Part shown: positions 30,489 to 38,702 of the stretch, piece by piece
Numbering within the stretch: position 1 is the stretch's first letter
Layout: every line of letters starts with the position of its first letter
Assembly: GCA_016927275.1 (NCBI GenBank)
Contig: JAFGMW010000095.1
Span: 9,247-73,246, forward strand
Reading direction: 5' to 3'
Source: Pseudomonadota bacterium
GTDB taxonomy: Bacteria; UBA10199; 2-02-FULL-44-16; JAAZCA01
Length of the DNA stretch: 64,000 nucleotides
Program-made: the position numbers and the translations under genes
The notes under the pieces: generated by a model
Database searches by the model: none
Seen by the model: the letters and a program-made list of their open reading frames with translations, nothing else
Told to the model about the DNA's origin: nothing

Positions 30489-32510
30489 ATGAAGAAGACT
30501 GCCGGCCTGATCGGTGTATCCTTGATGATGGCGCTGCTTTTGTGCCTCATATCAGCCTGCGATCAAAATCCCTGCGTGATCAGTTACTGGGTCGCGACCG
30601 ACGGAAGCGACTCGGCCAGCGGTGACGAGGTACATCCCTTTCTCACCCTGGCGCATGCGCGGGATGTGATCCGCTCTCACAAGGATCGCGGCAGGTGCTC
30701 TATCAACGTGAACATCAAGGGGGGCACGTACAGGCTTGCCGAACCGCTGACCTTCAATGGCAGCGACTCCGGGGCCAAGGACGCGGAGATCACCTATCAG
30801 TCGGCCCCCGGAGAGGAGGTCGTGATCTCCGGCGCAGAGCAGGTGAGCGGCTGGACGCTCCATGACGCCGCACTGAACATCTGGAAGGCACAGGTGATCG
30901 CCGATACGATGCCTCGGCAGCTGTACGCGAACGGCCGGCGAGCGACGCGGGCCCGCACCCCGGACTATCCCAACTACTATTTCCCCGGCGATACGGGGTA
31001 CAAGTACTTCTATCTCATCGGCACCGACCCGCAGATCCCGCCGACATGGAGCAATCCGGCCCTGGTGGAGGCGGTCACCGTCACGCAGTGGAAGATGATG
31101 CGCTGCCCGGTCGCCGAGGTCATCGACAACATCGTCGACTATTCAGTGATCATGGCCACCCCCTGCTGGACGAACGCAAACGTCTTCCCCTATCCGTGGA
31201 ACTTTCATCTTTTGAGCTGGTGGGAGAACGCCTATGAGTTCCTCGACGAGCCCGGCGAGTGGTATCTGGACCCGGGCACGAAGACCCTCTATTACATCCC
31301 CCGCGCGGGCGAGGACATGGCCGCCGCCGAGGTTGAGCTGCCGGTGCTGGAAAAACTGGTGGATGCGGCAGGCGACGCCTCCTCACCCGTGAGCAATATC
31401 GGCTTCAAGGGCCTGAATTTCATGTACGCGACGTGGTATGGGCCCAACGGCGCCGATGGCTACGCCCTTGACCAGAGCGGCTTCCATCTGGTGGGGACCG
31501 ATCACTCTCCCAACATCATAGGACACGACCCGAACGCGGTGGGCATCCCGGGCAACGTGAGCTTCCTATACGCGCAGGACATCGCCTTCGAGGACAACGC
31601 CTTCGCCCACATGGGCGCGGTCGCGCTCAACTTCGGGACCGGAAGCCAAAACAACGAGATCGTGAACAACACCTTCACCGACACCTCCGCGGCTGCCATC
31701 CAGCTCGGCGGGATCGCTTTGCAGGATCATCACCCCGAGACGGACTCGCAGCTCACCAGGGACAACCGCATCGCAAACAACCTCATCGAGTACGCGGGAC
31801 AGGAGTTCTACGACGCCCCGGGGATCTACATCGGCTTCACGACGCGCTCCACGGTCGAGCACAACGACATAATGCACGTCCCCTGGTCGGGCATCGCCAT
31901 CGGATGGGGCTGGGGCCTGCTCGATCCGGGAGGCTTTCCGGGGCTGCCGCACGCGACGCAGTATGAATGGGGGGTCTACGACACGCCCTCCGCGGCGCAG
32001 GGAAATCAGATTCTCAACAATAAGATGCAGTATTTTCTCGAGAAACTCTGGGACGGCGGCGCCATCTACACCACCGGCTTTCAGGGGACCTCGTTGGCGG
32101 ACGGCCAGGTCATCTCGGGCAACGTGGCGATGAACAAGCGCCCGGAGGCGGGCGGCAATACGTTCTATACCGATGGCGGCAGCCGTTACGTCACTCTCAA
32201 GGAAAACGTATCGCTGGGCAACCCGCAGGGGTTTGTGGACTTCGGTCCGTGCCTCAAGGACTCCTCATTCCCCGAGCTCTGCCTCACCACGGGCATCGTG
32301 CCGTACGGCGCCGACATGGGTGGATGCGTGCCGTACGGGGATCTGGTTTTTGAAAGCAACTACCTGCGCGATCATCTGGATTTCTACGACATCTGCACGA
32401 ACGATTACTACCCGGGCGCCCCCTTCAACATGACATTCATCGACAACGTGAAGGTGTCGAACGCAAGCGAGGTGCCGGCATCGATCATCGAAGCTGCCGG
32501 ATGCCTGTGA
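30489..32510 (+). CDS. right-handed parallel beta-helix repeat lipoprotein (pectin-lyase-fold; possible glycan hydrolase/lyase)
   Basis: Lipobox LLLCLISAC; periodic N/G/D-rich beta-helix rungs (NNEIVNNTFTD, NRIANNLIEYAG, GNQILNNKMQY, SGNVAMNKRPE). Confidence 0.6.
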   Translation: MKKTAGLIGVSLMMALLLCLISACDQNPCVISYWVATDGSDSASGDEVHPFLTLAHARDVIRSHKDRGRCSINVNIKGGTYRLAEPLTFNGSDSGAKDAEITYQSAPGEEVVISGAEQVSGWTLHDAALNIWKAQVIADTMPRQLYANGRRATRARTPDYPNYYFPGDTGYKYFYLIGTDPQIPPTWSNPALVEAVTVTQWKMMRCPVAEVIDNIVDYSVIMATPCWTNANVFPYPWNFHLLSWWENAYEFLDEPGEWYLDPGTKTLYYIPRAGEDMAAAEVELPVLEKLVDAAGDASSPVSNIGFKGLNFMYATWYGPNGADGYALDQSGFHLVGTDHSPNIIGHDPNAVGIPGNVSFLYAQDIAFEDNAFAHMGAVALNFGTGSQNNEIVNNTFTDTSAAAIQLGGIALQDHHPETDSQLTRDNRIANNLIEYAGQEFYDAPGIYIGFTTRSTVEHNDIMHVPWSGIAIGWGWGLLDPGGFPGLPHATQYEWGVYDTPSAAQGNQILNNKMQYFLEKLWDGGAIYTTGFQGTSLADGQVISGNVAMNKRPEAGGNTFYTDGGSRYVTLKENVSLGNPQGFVDFGPCLKDSSFPELCLTTGIVPYGADMGGCVPYGDLVFESNYLRDHLDFYDICTNDYYPGAPFNMTFIDNVKVSNASEVPASIIEAAGCL

Positions 32511-32554
32511 CTGAACGCATGGCAGGCCCGGATGAGGCGTCTTGAAAAACATGA

Positions 32555-32857
32555 GTGGCGCTCTACCAGACGACGGGTCAGGGCAGCGGCAACAGGTTCA
32601 ACGTGCTGGCCCTCTCAGGAAGCTGGCGCGAGATGGGCAGGCAGTACGGCATCCTGGCCAATGCGGAGATCAACCGGTTCTACGATACCGTGGTCGCCGA
32701 TTACCTGATGGCCGGGCACGGCGTGCCGATGTTCCCAGATTATAGCGTCTACCAGGTAGTGGCGCTGCCTGCGGACAGGACGATCTGGCTCAGGACCCCT
32801 GGCCTCTCGGGATGGGAGAAGGTGAATCTCGGCGCCCTGTTCACCGCTTCACCCTGA
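32555..32857 (+). CDS. hypothetical small protein
   Basis: 100-aa ORF with moderate coding character; no recognisable family. Confidence 0.3.
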   Translation: MALYQTTGQGSGNRFNVLALSGSWREMGRQYGILANAEINRFYDTVVADYLMAGHGVPMFPDYSVYQVVALPADRTIWLRTPGLSGWEKVNLGALFTASP

Positions 32858-32876
32858 ACGGTGCTGTTCCGTTCAA

Positions 32877-32907
32877 AAGAAACCCCCCGTTCCCCGGGGC
32901 TTTTTGA
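32877..32907 (+). terminator. rho-independent terminator (copy 2 of the duplicated terminator module)
   Basis: aaaagaaaccccccg-tt-ccccggggctttttg followed by GAGGCGGGCG, near-identical to 30327-30360. Confidence 0.7.
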
Positions 32908-32968
32908 GGCGGGCGCTTTATCGCATGATTTTAGAATCTACCCAAGCAGCCTCGATTGACATGGTCCT

Positions 32969-33451
32969 TCAGCGTCGGATGACCCTCTTCGGATAACTGC
33001 CGTCCTCAAAATGCTTCTCGATCCAGCCGTTCTTCACGTTCTCCCGGGCATCGAAGTGCGACACGTATGGCTTGATGTCGATGAGCGGCGTCTCGTCGAG
33101 GATATCGACCTCCCCGAAGACGACCACGCCATCCTCCACCTTCAGGAGGCGCACGACCGAAAGGCCGATGTGGTTCGGCCTGTTTGGGCTGCGGATGGCG
33201 AAGATGCCGTGCTCCTCATCCTCAAGGAAGGGACGGCCGCGAAGCTTCGCCTCCTTGGCCCTGTTGAAGTGACAGATCAGGATCGCATGGGAAAATCCAT
33301 CGAGGTCTTTGAGGCCGTCCCAGTATTCAGGGAACAGCTCCGCGCGGCCCGTAACGTCGTCTTTGAAGCGGCCCTGGATCGGCATGCCGCTCGGCTCGTC
33401 GTAGGGGGTGCGGATGATGCCGATGGGGTGAATCGTTATGGCGTCGGTCAT
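32969..33451 (-). CDS. tsaA: TsaA/YaeB-family tRNA methyltransferase-like protein
   Basis: ITIHPIGIIRTPYDEPSGMPIQG...GFSHAILICHFN..PNHIGLSVVRLL signature of YaeB/TsaA family; start set at internal ATG. Confidence 0.7.
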   Translation of the reverse strand: MTDAITIHPIGIIRTPYDEPSGMPIQGRFKDDVTGRAELFPEYWDGLKDLDGFSHAILICHFNRAKEAKLRGRPFLEDEEHGIFAIRSPNRPNHIGLSVVRLLKVEDGVVVFGEVDILDETPLIDIKPYVSHFDARENVKNGWIEKHFEDGSYPKRVIRR

Positions 33452-33661
33452 GCCCATCCCATCGCATCGAAGCAAGGGAAGGTCAACCGTTCTGACACGA
33501 CATCGAACCTGCCACCTGCAGATACCTGATGAACCGACGATGACGCTCCGACCGGGGTCTCCCAGGTGTATATGCGGAAGGCTCAAGCGGGACGCGGGCC
33601 AGAGAGGCCCTGAAACTGGAGAACCCCTGCCTGCCCGCCAAAGCGTTACTCTCGCGAATGA

Positions 33662-33862
33662 TCAGGGCCTCTCTCTGTAAGCCTCTTTGCGGTGGGAAGC
33701 TGCGATCATCGATACGACCTTTGTCTCTTCGTCGATTATGTAGAAAAAGCGCCAGTCGCCTACGCGATAACGCCATGTGGCCGGATGCCAATCCCTGAGG
33801 CGCTTGATGTTGGAGCCAAAGTGAGGCTCATTCTTCAATTGCGGACAAACATGCTCCTGCAA
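33662..33862 (-). CDS. RelE/ParE-family type II toxin (start uncertain; possibly N-terminally degraded)
   Basis: C-terminal NIKRLRDWHPATWRYRVGDWRFFYIIDEETKVVSMIAASHRKEAY matches RelE/ParE core; in-frame upstream 45 codons (to a TGA near 34000) are toxin-like (AIKRRIIA...) but contain no ATG/GTG; table start is TTG. Confidence 0.6.
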   Translation of the reverse strand: MQEHVCPQLKNEPHFGSNIKRLRDWHPATWRYRVGDWRFFYIIDEETKVVSMIAASHRKEAYRERP

Positions 33863-34155
33863 TTTCTCCTCAAGGATGCCCTTGCGATGCCTTGCAATGA
33901 TCCGGCGTTTTATTGCACGATCGATGCCAGATATGGACTGAAAAATACCGTGAGGAATTGAGGGGATTTGACGCTGGACAACAGTGATTGTGCACAGGGC
34001 TGTTCAGTTTTGTGTTGCAGTGTTCAGACTTATGAATCCCATATATATCTAACACTTATCATTGCTCCGTCCGACGGGGATATGTATGACGGGGATGTGA
34101 CGCGGTTTCGCCTATCGCCGAAATTTGATATAAGTCCGGCTGAAGGGAGCGAACA

Positions 34156-35364
34156 ATGAACAAAATACTCCTATCGATCATGTCGGTTATATTCATGTGC
34201 GCCTGCAGCTCAGGGGGCTTCAGTCAGGCCGACCTCCAGGAGATCCTCGATGCGGAATGGCAGGCGTACTCAGCCGGCAAAACAAATTTCGGCGGCGGGC
34301 TCGCCATGCAGATAATCTCGCCCAGGGGCGACTATTTCATATCCACAGGGATGGGAGAGGGCATGAGCAGGTCTCATCGCTTTCGCGCGGCCAGCGTCAC
34401 GAAGACCTTCACCGCCGCCGGCATAATGCTGCTCGAGCAGCGCGGGAAGCTCGATATCGAGCATTACATCACGGACAATATTCCGGGAACGACTTCGTCG
34501 TACGTTCCGGACGCCGCCGAATACGACATCCCGAACAAGGGCCGGATCACCATCAGAATGCTCCTCATGCATCGCGCCGGCGTATTCGACCTGACAAATC
34601 AGGACATCGTAGAAAACGACGCCTCCCGGTCGGAGCCCTACGTCAACGGCAATTACATCGAGTACACGCTTGCCGGGGACGGCGGTCATCAGTTCACATT
34701 CGACGAACTCTTCGGCGTCATATCGAGGGACGACCAGGTCGGCTTCGACGGCGCGCCTGATTCGCAGTACAGGTATTCGGACACGGGATATTCATTGCTC
34801 GCGCTGATTCTCGAGCGGGTCTCCGGAAAGTCCTACGTTGATTTTATCCGCGATGAATTTCTGACTCCAAACTGCCTCGACGATACGACCCTTCCGTGGG
34901 AGGGGACGGATAAGACCCTGCCTGATCCTTTCGTATCCGGCTATATGTGGATGAACGACGAGCTCTCGGACGTGACCCTCTCCAACATGTCGGCATTCGT
35001 CGGGAACGGCAACATCATCACGACGCCCCTTGACCTCGCGACGTGGTGCCAAAGGCTTTTCCACGGGGAGGCCGGCCTCACGAGCGAGACGGTTGCAGCG
35101 ATGATGGACGGCCTCCCGAGCATCGGCACGTCGACATACGGCCTCGGCATCGAGCATATGGAATCGGTGGGCTACGGGCACGGAGGTGCACAGGAAGGGT
35201 ATCTTACGGAAATGCGCTACAAGCCCGATTCGGACGTCTGCTACGTGCTGATGTCGAACGTCTGGGACTGCGAGAGCTGCCCTGCGAGCCTGAGCTCGCT
35301 CGGGACAGAGCTCTCGACGATCGTCGGGATATCGAAGAAGGTCCTCGCGAAGATGGGTTATTGA
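34156..35364 (+). CDS. beta-lactamase-family serine hydrolase lipoprotein (paralogue of 11088-12293)
   Basis: Lipobox FMCACSSGG; SxxK motif ASVTKTFTAAGIMLL. Confidence 0.75.
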   Translation: MNKILLSIMSVIFMCACSSGGFSQADLQEILDAEWQAYSAGKTNFGGGLAMQIISPRGDYFISTGMGEGMSRSHRFRAASVTKTFTAAGIMLLEQRGKLDIEHYITDNIPGTTSSYVPDAAEYDIPNKGRITIRMLLMHRAGVFDLTNQDIVENDASRSEPYVNGNYIEYTLAGDGGHQFTFDELFGVISRDDQVGFDGAPDSQYRYSDTGYSLLALILERVSGKSYVDFIRDEFLTPNCLDDTTLPWEGTDKTLPDPFVSGYMWMNDELSDVTLSNMSAFVGNGNIITTPLDLATWCQRLFHGEAGLTSETVAAMMDGLPSIGTSTYGLGIEHMESVGYGHGGAQEGYLTEMRYKPDSDVCYVLMSNVWDCESCPASLSSLGTELSTIVGISKKVLAKMGY

Positions 35365-35421
35365 CTATCTCATTTCAAAAACTATCATGACATCAACTCA
35401 CGCGTTTCCATCACCTGCTGA

Positions 35422-35465
35422 CAACCCCAAAAAAATACCGCCGGTTGGGGGTATTTTTTGGGGTG
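35422..35465. terminator. bidirectional terminator hairpin between convergent genes
   Basis: caaccccaaaaaaatacc-gccgg-ttgggggtattttttggggtg palindrome with U-runs on both strands. Confidence 0.6.
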
Positions 35466-35516
35466 CTTTAAGGGACAATTTGCGAACCTATTCCCCATGG
35501 ACGTCCTTTTATGGGC

Positions 35517-36278
35517 CTATCTTTCAGCAACGACGAGCATTTCGAAATCATCGCTGGTCAGCTTGTCGTTTCTTGAAAACGCTCCGAGCTTTGCACCAAA
35601 GATATCGATCTTCTTGAACCCGAGCGTCTTGAGAAGCCATGTTATCTCGCTTGGCACGTAATAACGCTCGTTGCACTGCAACTCTTTTTTATTGCCCAAA
35701 TCATCCTCGAGCACAACGGTGTTATGGTCACGGAAAGTCATAAGATCAAATGAGCAGTCCTTACACTGGGACTGGCCTTCTTTCTGTGCCGACTCATAGA
35801 ATTCATTGACAGAATGAAACAGCGGGAACAGTCCGTTTAATGTGGTGAAGATGAACTTGCCTTTGTCTTTCAGCGCCTTTGTTGCGTTCCTGAGGATCTC
35901 AAAGTTCATCTCATCTGTCTCCATGAGAGAAAACCCGCCTTCGCACAGCATGATTGCCAGATCAAATTCACCGTCAAAGGAAAGATCGCGGGCGTCCTGT
36001 ATTTGGAAGTCAATGGTCAATCCTGACTCCTGTGCCTTTTCCCTTGCCCATTTGATCTGGTTCTCGGAAAGATCGACTCCGGTCACACTATATCCTCTTT
36101 TTTTCAACTCAATCGAGTGGCGGCCGGTGCCGCAACCGATGTCTATGATCTTTAACGATTTATCGCGGGCTATCTCCTGTTCAATAAAATCGCACTCGCC
36201 CATAGTGCCCTGGACAAAACACTCGTTGTCGTATTTGTGTGCGTAATTTTCATATAACCTTTCATACCACTGTTTCAT
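35517..36278 (-). CDS. class I SAM-dependent methyltransferase (markedly lower GC than surroundings)
   Basis: Motif I IIDIGCGTGRHS, post-I VTGVDLS; start at internal ATG (MKQWYERLY) with AGAGGT RBS; AT-rich codon usage contrasts with neighbours. Confidence 0.8.
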   Translation of the reverse strand: MKQWYERLYENYAHKYDNECFVQGTMGECDFIEQEIARDKSLKIIDIGCGTGRHSIELKKRGYSVTGVDLSENQIKWAREKAQESGLTIDFQIQDARDLSFDGEFDLAIMLCEGGFSLMETDEMNFEILRNATKALKDKGKFIFTTLNGLFPLFHSVNEFYESAQKEGQSQCKDCSFDLMTFRDHNTVVLEDDLGNKKELQCNERYYVPSEITWLLKTLGFKKIDIFGAKLGAFSRNDKLTSDDFEMLVVAER

Positions 36279-36420
36279 ATTTTTACCTCTTCGTGTAGAT
36301 AACCTCATTGGCCGATTGTTATCAAATTAAAAAAGTTTTCATGCAGTGACCCGAAAAAGGGGACGGCCCCCGGTGGAAAATGAGTTGAAATCATTCCGAT
36401 CGGAAAATGTCTTCTGCTCA

Positions 36421-36459
36421 AAAGAAAGGCGGGAGGGGTGATCCCTCCCGCCTTTCTTT
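36421..36459 (-). terminator. hairpin terminator immediately 3' of tRNA-His
   Basis: aaaggcgggagggg-tgat-cccctcccgccttt flanked by A/T runs. Confidence 0.6.
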
Positions 36460-36536
36460 TGGGGTGGCTAGTGGGATTTGAACCCACGACCCTCTGAGCC
36501 ACAGTCAGATGCGCTAGCCGCTGCGCCATAGCCACC
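36460..36536 (-). tRNA. tRNA-His (anticodon GTG) with G-1 and encoded CCA
   Basis: Minus-strand sequence GGTGGCTATGGCGCAGCGGCTAGCGCATCTGACTGTGGCTCAGAGGGTCGTGGGTTCAAATCCCACTAGCCACCCCA folds as cloverleaf; anticodon loop CTGTGGC; extra 5' G pairing with discriminator C is His-specific. Confidence 0.85.
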
Positions 36537-36547
36537 ATCTTTAAAAA

Positions 36548-36580
36548 CAAATTCCAAATTCCAAATTCCAAATCCCAAAT
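36548..36580. repeat. tandem heptamer repeat (AAATTCC)x3-4 upstream of tRNA-His
   Basis: caaattccaaattccaaattccaaatcccaaat; related motif recurs at 36740-36775. Confidence 0.7.
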
Positions 36581-36597
36581 AAAATTGAAAACCAAAA

Positions 36598-36731
36598 CTG
36601 GTGGGATTTGCCCACTCCGTTGCCGCCCTCCTGCGCTTACCTCCGGTAAGCTCCAGCGGGTCCTCGACGCCGCCTATGATTTTTCGACATTCGAAAAATC
36701 ATGCGGTCGTCGGGACTGCGCCATAGCCACC
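36598..36731 (-). pseudogene. partial tRNA-His duplicate / tRNA-like remnant interrupted by a ~95-nt structured insert
   Basis: Minus strand begins GGTGGCTATGGCGCAG (identical to tRNA-His 5' acceptor+D arm) and ends ..GGAGTGGGCAAATCCCACCAG (T-arm-like), but acceptor 3' strand and anticodon arm are replaced; contains perfect palindrome ATGATTTTTCGA-cat-TCGAAAAATCAT (36676-36702) and hairpin GCTTACC-gga-GGTAAGC; flank (ctgcgccatagccaccRtctttaaaaacaaattccaaat) duplicated. Confidence 0.45.
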
Positions 36732-36790
36732 GTCTTTAAAACAAATTCCAAATCCCAAGCACCAAATTCCAAACAATACTGAACCCAGTG

Positions 36791-36850
36791 CACCAGTCAC
36801 GAGTCACCAGTCACGAGTCACGAGTCACGAGTCACGAGTCACGAGTCACG
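36791..36850. repeat. tandem octamer repeat array (CAGTCACGAG/GTCACGAG)x7, member of the dispersed GTGACTSG repeat family
   Basis: caccagtcacgagtcaccagtcacgagtcacgagtcacgagtcacgagtcacgagtcacgg. Confidence 0.8.
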
Positions 36851-36989
36851 GCTTTCAAGGGCTGCCCTAATTAGCCAATCCGGTCGGCTTTGTCCACGAT
36901 TTATTGGCCTCGAATTCCATAGAAATTCAAGCTCTTGACAGCATATCAGAACCTGATAAGGAGTTGGAAATTCATCACAAGGGGGGCTC

Positions 36990-37778
36990 ATGAAAAGGAT
37001 TTTCGTTGTAGCGATCGCGGCGCTCGCAGCCATGGCGTTTGCCGCAAGGGACGCATCGGCAATATCCAAGCAGTACCTGCCGAAGAAGTCGGGAGAAAAG
37101 ACCTTCACCGAGCAGGAAACGAAGATCGAGAAGGAGGCGGAGAAGGAGTCGAACCCGCGCCCCGAGTTCCCTGAAAAGGGCTGGCACAAGGGGGCATACA
37201 TCGCGGCGCACGGCGGCTTCATGCAGGCGACCAACGACCAGAACCTCGTCACCAACCGCAAGTTCGACGGGAGCATAATACCGGCGGTGGGCCTCACCTT
37301 CGGATGGGACATCGCCGACTGGATCGGCCCCATGCTGCAGATGACATACGGGATGGCCACCGACCAAGTGGGCGACGGATTGACCCCCGACACCCCGATC
37401 CAGGACGGCCGCGAGCACGCCCTCAACTTCTCGCTCTTCTGCAGGGCCACGCTCCCCTACTTCACTCGGGCCGGCTGGCAGCCGAACTCAGTCAAGTTCA
37501 TCCCGTACCTCAAGCTCGGCGGCACGGGCCACGCGCTCTACGTGCACGCCGACGGCAACGGCAACAAGGTCGGCGCCTGGGGCGGAGGCATCGGCGTGGG
37601 CGGCGGCGTGGAGTTCTTCATCTGGAAGGGGCTCTTCTTCGCCATCGACTTCACCGAGAACGTGATCTTCCAGCAGGCCTATTACAGGACCGTCAACAAC
37701 GTGCCGAACACCAAGGTGACCGACGGCGGCACGAAGTTCCAGGCCAACGTCCTGGGACTGCTCGGCTGGCACTTCTAG
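36990..37778 (+). CDS. outer-membrane beta-barrel protein (OmpW/OmpA-barrel-like)
   Basis: Signal peptide MKRIFVVAIAALAAMAFA; alternating beta-strand pattern; C-terminal aromatic signature ...LGLLGWHF. Confidence 0.6.
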   Translation: MKRIFVVAIAALAAMAFAARDASAISKQYLPKKSGEKTFTEQETKIEKEAEKESNPRPEFPEKGWHKGAYIAAHGGFMQATNDQNLVTNRKFDGSIIPAVGLTFGWDIADWIGPMLQMTYGMATDQVGDGLTPDTPIQDGREHALNFSLFCRATLPYFTRAGWQPNSVKFIPYLKLGGTGHALYVHADGNGNKVGAWGGGIGVGGGVEFFIWKGLFFAIDFTENVIFQQAYYRTVNNVPNTKVTDGGTKFQANVLGLLGWHF

Positions 37779-37796
37779 AGGGTCCCTCTCGACCGA

Positions 37797-37830
37797 TAAA
37801 AAAACCCCGGCATATGCCGGGGTTTTTTTG
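37797..37830 (+). terminator. rho-independent terminator
   Basis: aaaaaaaccccggcatatgccggggtttttttg. Confidence 0.8.
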
Positions 37831-37844
37831 CGATCGGGCATAGA

Positions 37845-38618
37845 CTACTCGCCGCCTGCCGCATCCTCGACCCTCGTGAGCCTGTAGACCTTGAACTCGT
37901 CCTTGTCCGGGCAGCCGTCGCCCTCGCACTCGATATCCCTGTACTGGCCCAGAAACTCCACGATGCCGTTGTACATCGCCACCGCCTCCCTCGCCTGCCC
38001 CCGGAGGATCTCCGGCATCCTGCCGGTGTCGGTCTTGAGATAGGACTTCCTCTCGGCGCACCCGCCCCCGCCGCCGATCTTCGCCATGCCGCAGAGATTG
38101 TCGAAGACCTCGTAGAACTCCTTGCCCAGCCGGTAGCCGACCCCCTTCGAGGAGCCGGAGCCCCTGATCCTCTCGATGTCGATTCCCAGGATGTTCGAGT
38201 CGCTGAATATGCCCGCGCCCTCCAGGTGCCCCACGACGTCGTGCTTCCAGTAGTCGGCGCTGAACTCCAGCTCGCTCGATAAAAGGCCGCCCACGGCCCC
38301 GTTTTCCTTCCACCTCTCCAGGACCTTCCCCGCCATCTTGAGCTTGTTGTAGAGGTTGAAGAACATCCTGATGCCGTCCGCCTTCGACGGCTCCATGATC
38401 CCTTTTTTCACGAACGCATCGACGACCACGTCCTGAAAATAGAGCGACGCCACGCCTCCTTCGACTCCCTCGTGAAGCGAGAAATCGTTACGGTCCAGTA
38501 TTCTGAACGGCGCCCGCTCGTCATGGCTCTTGAGAAAGCAACCGAGATCTTCGTCCTCGACAGCTATCTCCAGATAGCGGTCCACTATCCTGTTCACGCA
38601 GACATCTTTCGGCTCCAT
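37845..38618 (-). CDS. hypothetical protein (Cys-containing, possibly DUF3786-like)
   Basis: Start at internal ATG (MEPKDV) preceded by GAGGAGG; conserved-looking CEGDGCPDKDEF near C-terminus. Confidence 0.45.
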   Translation of the reverse strand: MEPKDVCVNRIVDRYLEIAVEDEDLGCFLKSHDERAPFRILDRNDFSLHEGVEGGVASLYFQDVVVDAFVKKGIMEPSKADGIRMFFNLYNKLKMAGKVLERWKENGAVGGLLSSELEFSADYWKHDVVGHLEGAGIFSDSNILGIDIERIRGSGSSKGVGYRLGKEFYEVFDNLCGMAKIGGGGGCAERKSYLKTDTGRMPEILRGQAREAVAMYNGIVEFLGQYRDIECEGDGCPDKDEFKVYRLTRVEDAAGGE

Positions 38619-38702
38619 GCGCACCTCCTCGCCGGCCGCCTGCAATAAAAAGGCCGGACGATTACTTTCTCGGCGCTGTCGAATATTTGTTGCGGGGTTT
38701 TT

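Noticed and set aside
33692-33961. 89-aa plus ORF opposite the RelE gene as a candidate antitoxin
   Set aside because: Antisense to the toxin frame, no RHH/Phd-like features, Cys/Leu-rich nonsense composition
36791-36850. Octamer repeat arrays as CRISPR arrays
   Set aside because: Units are 8 bp with no unique spacers, and no cas genes are in the window
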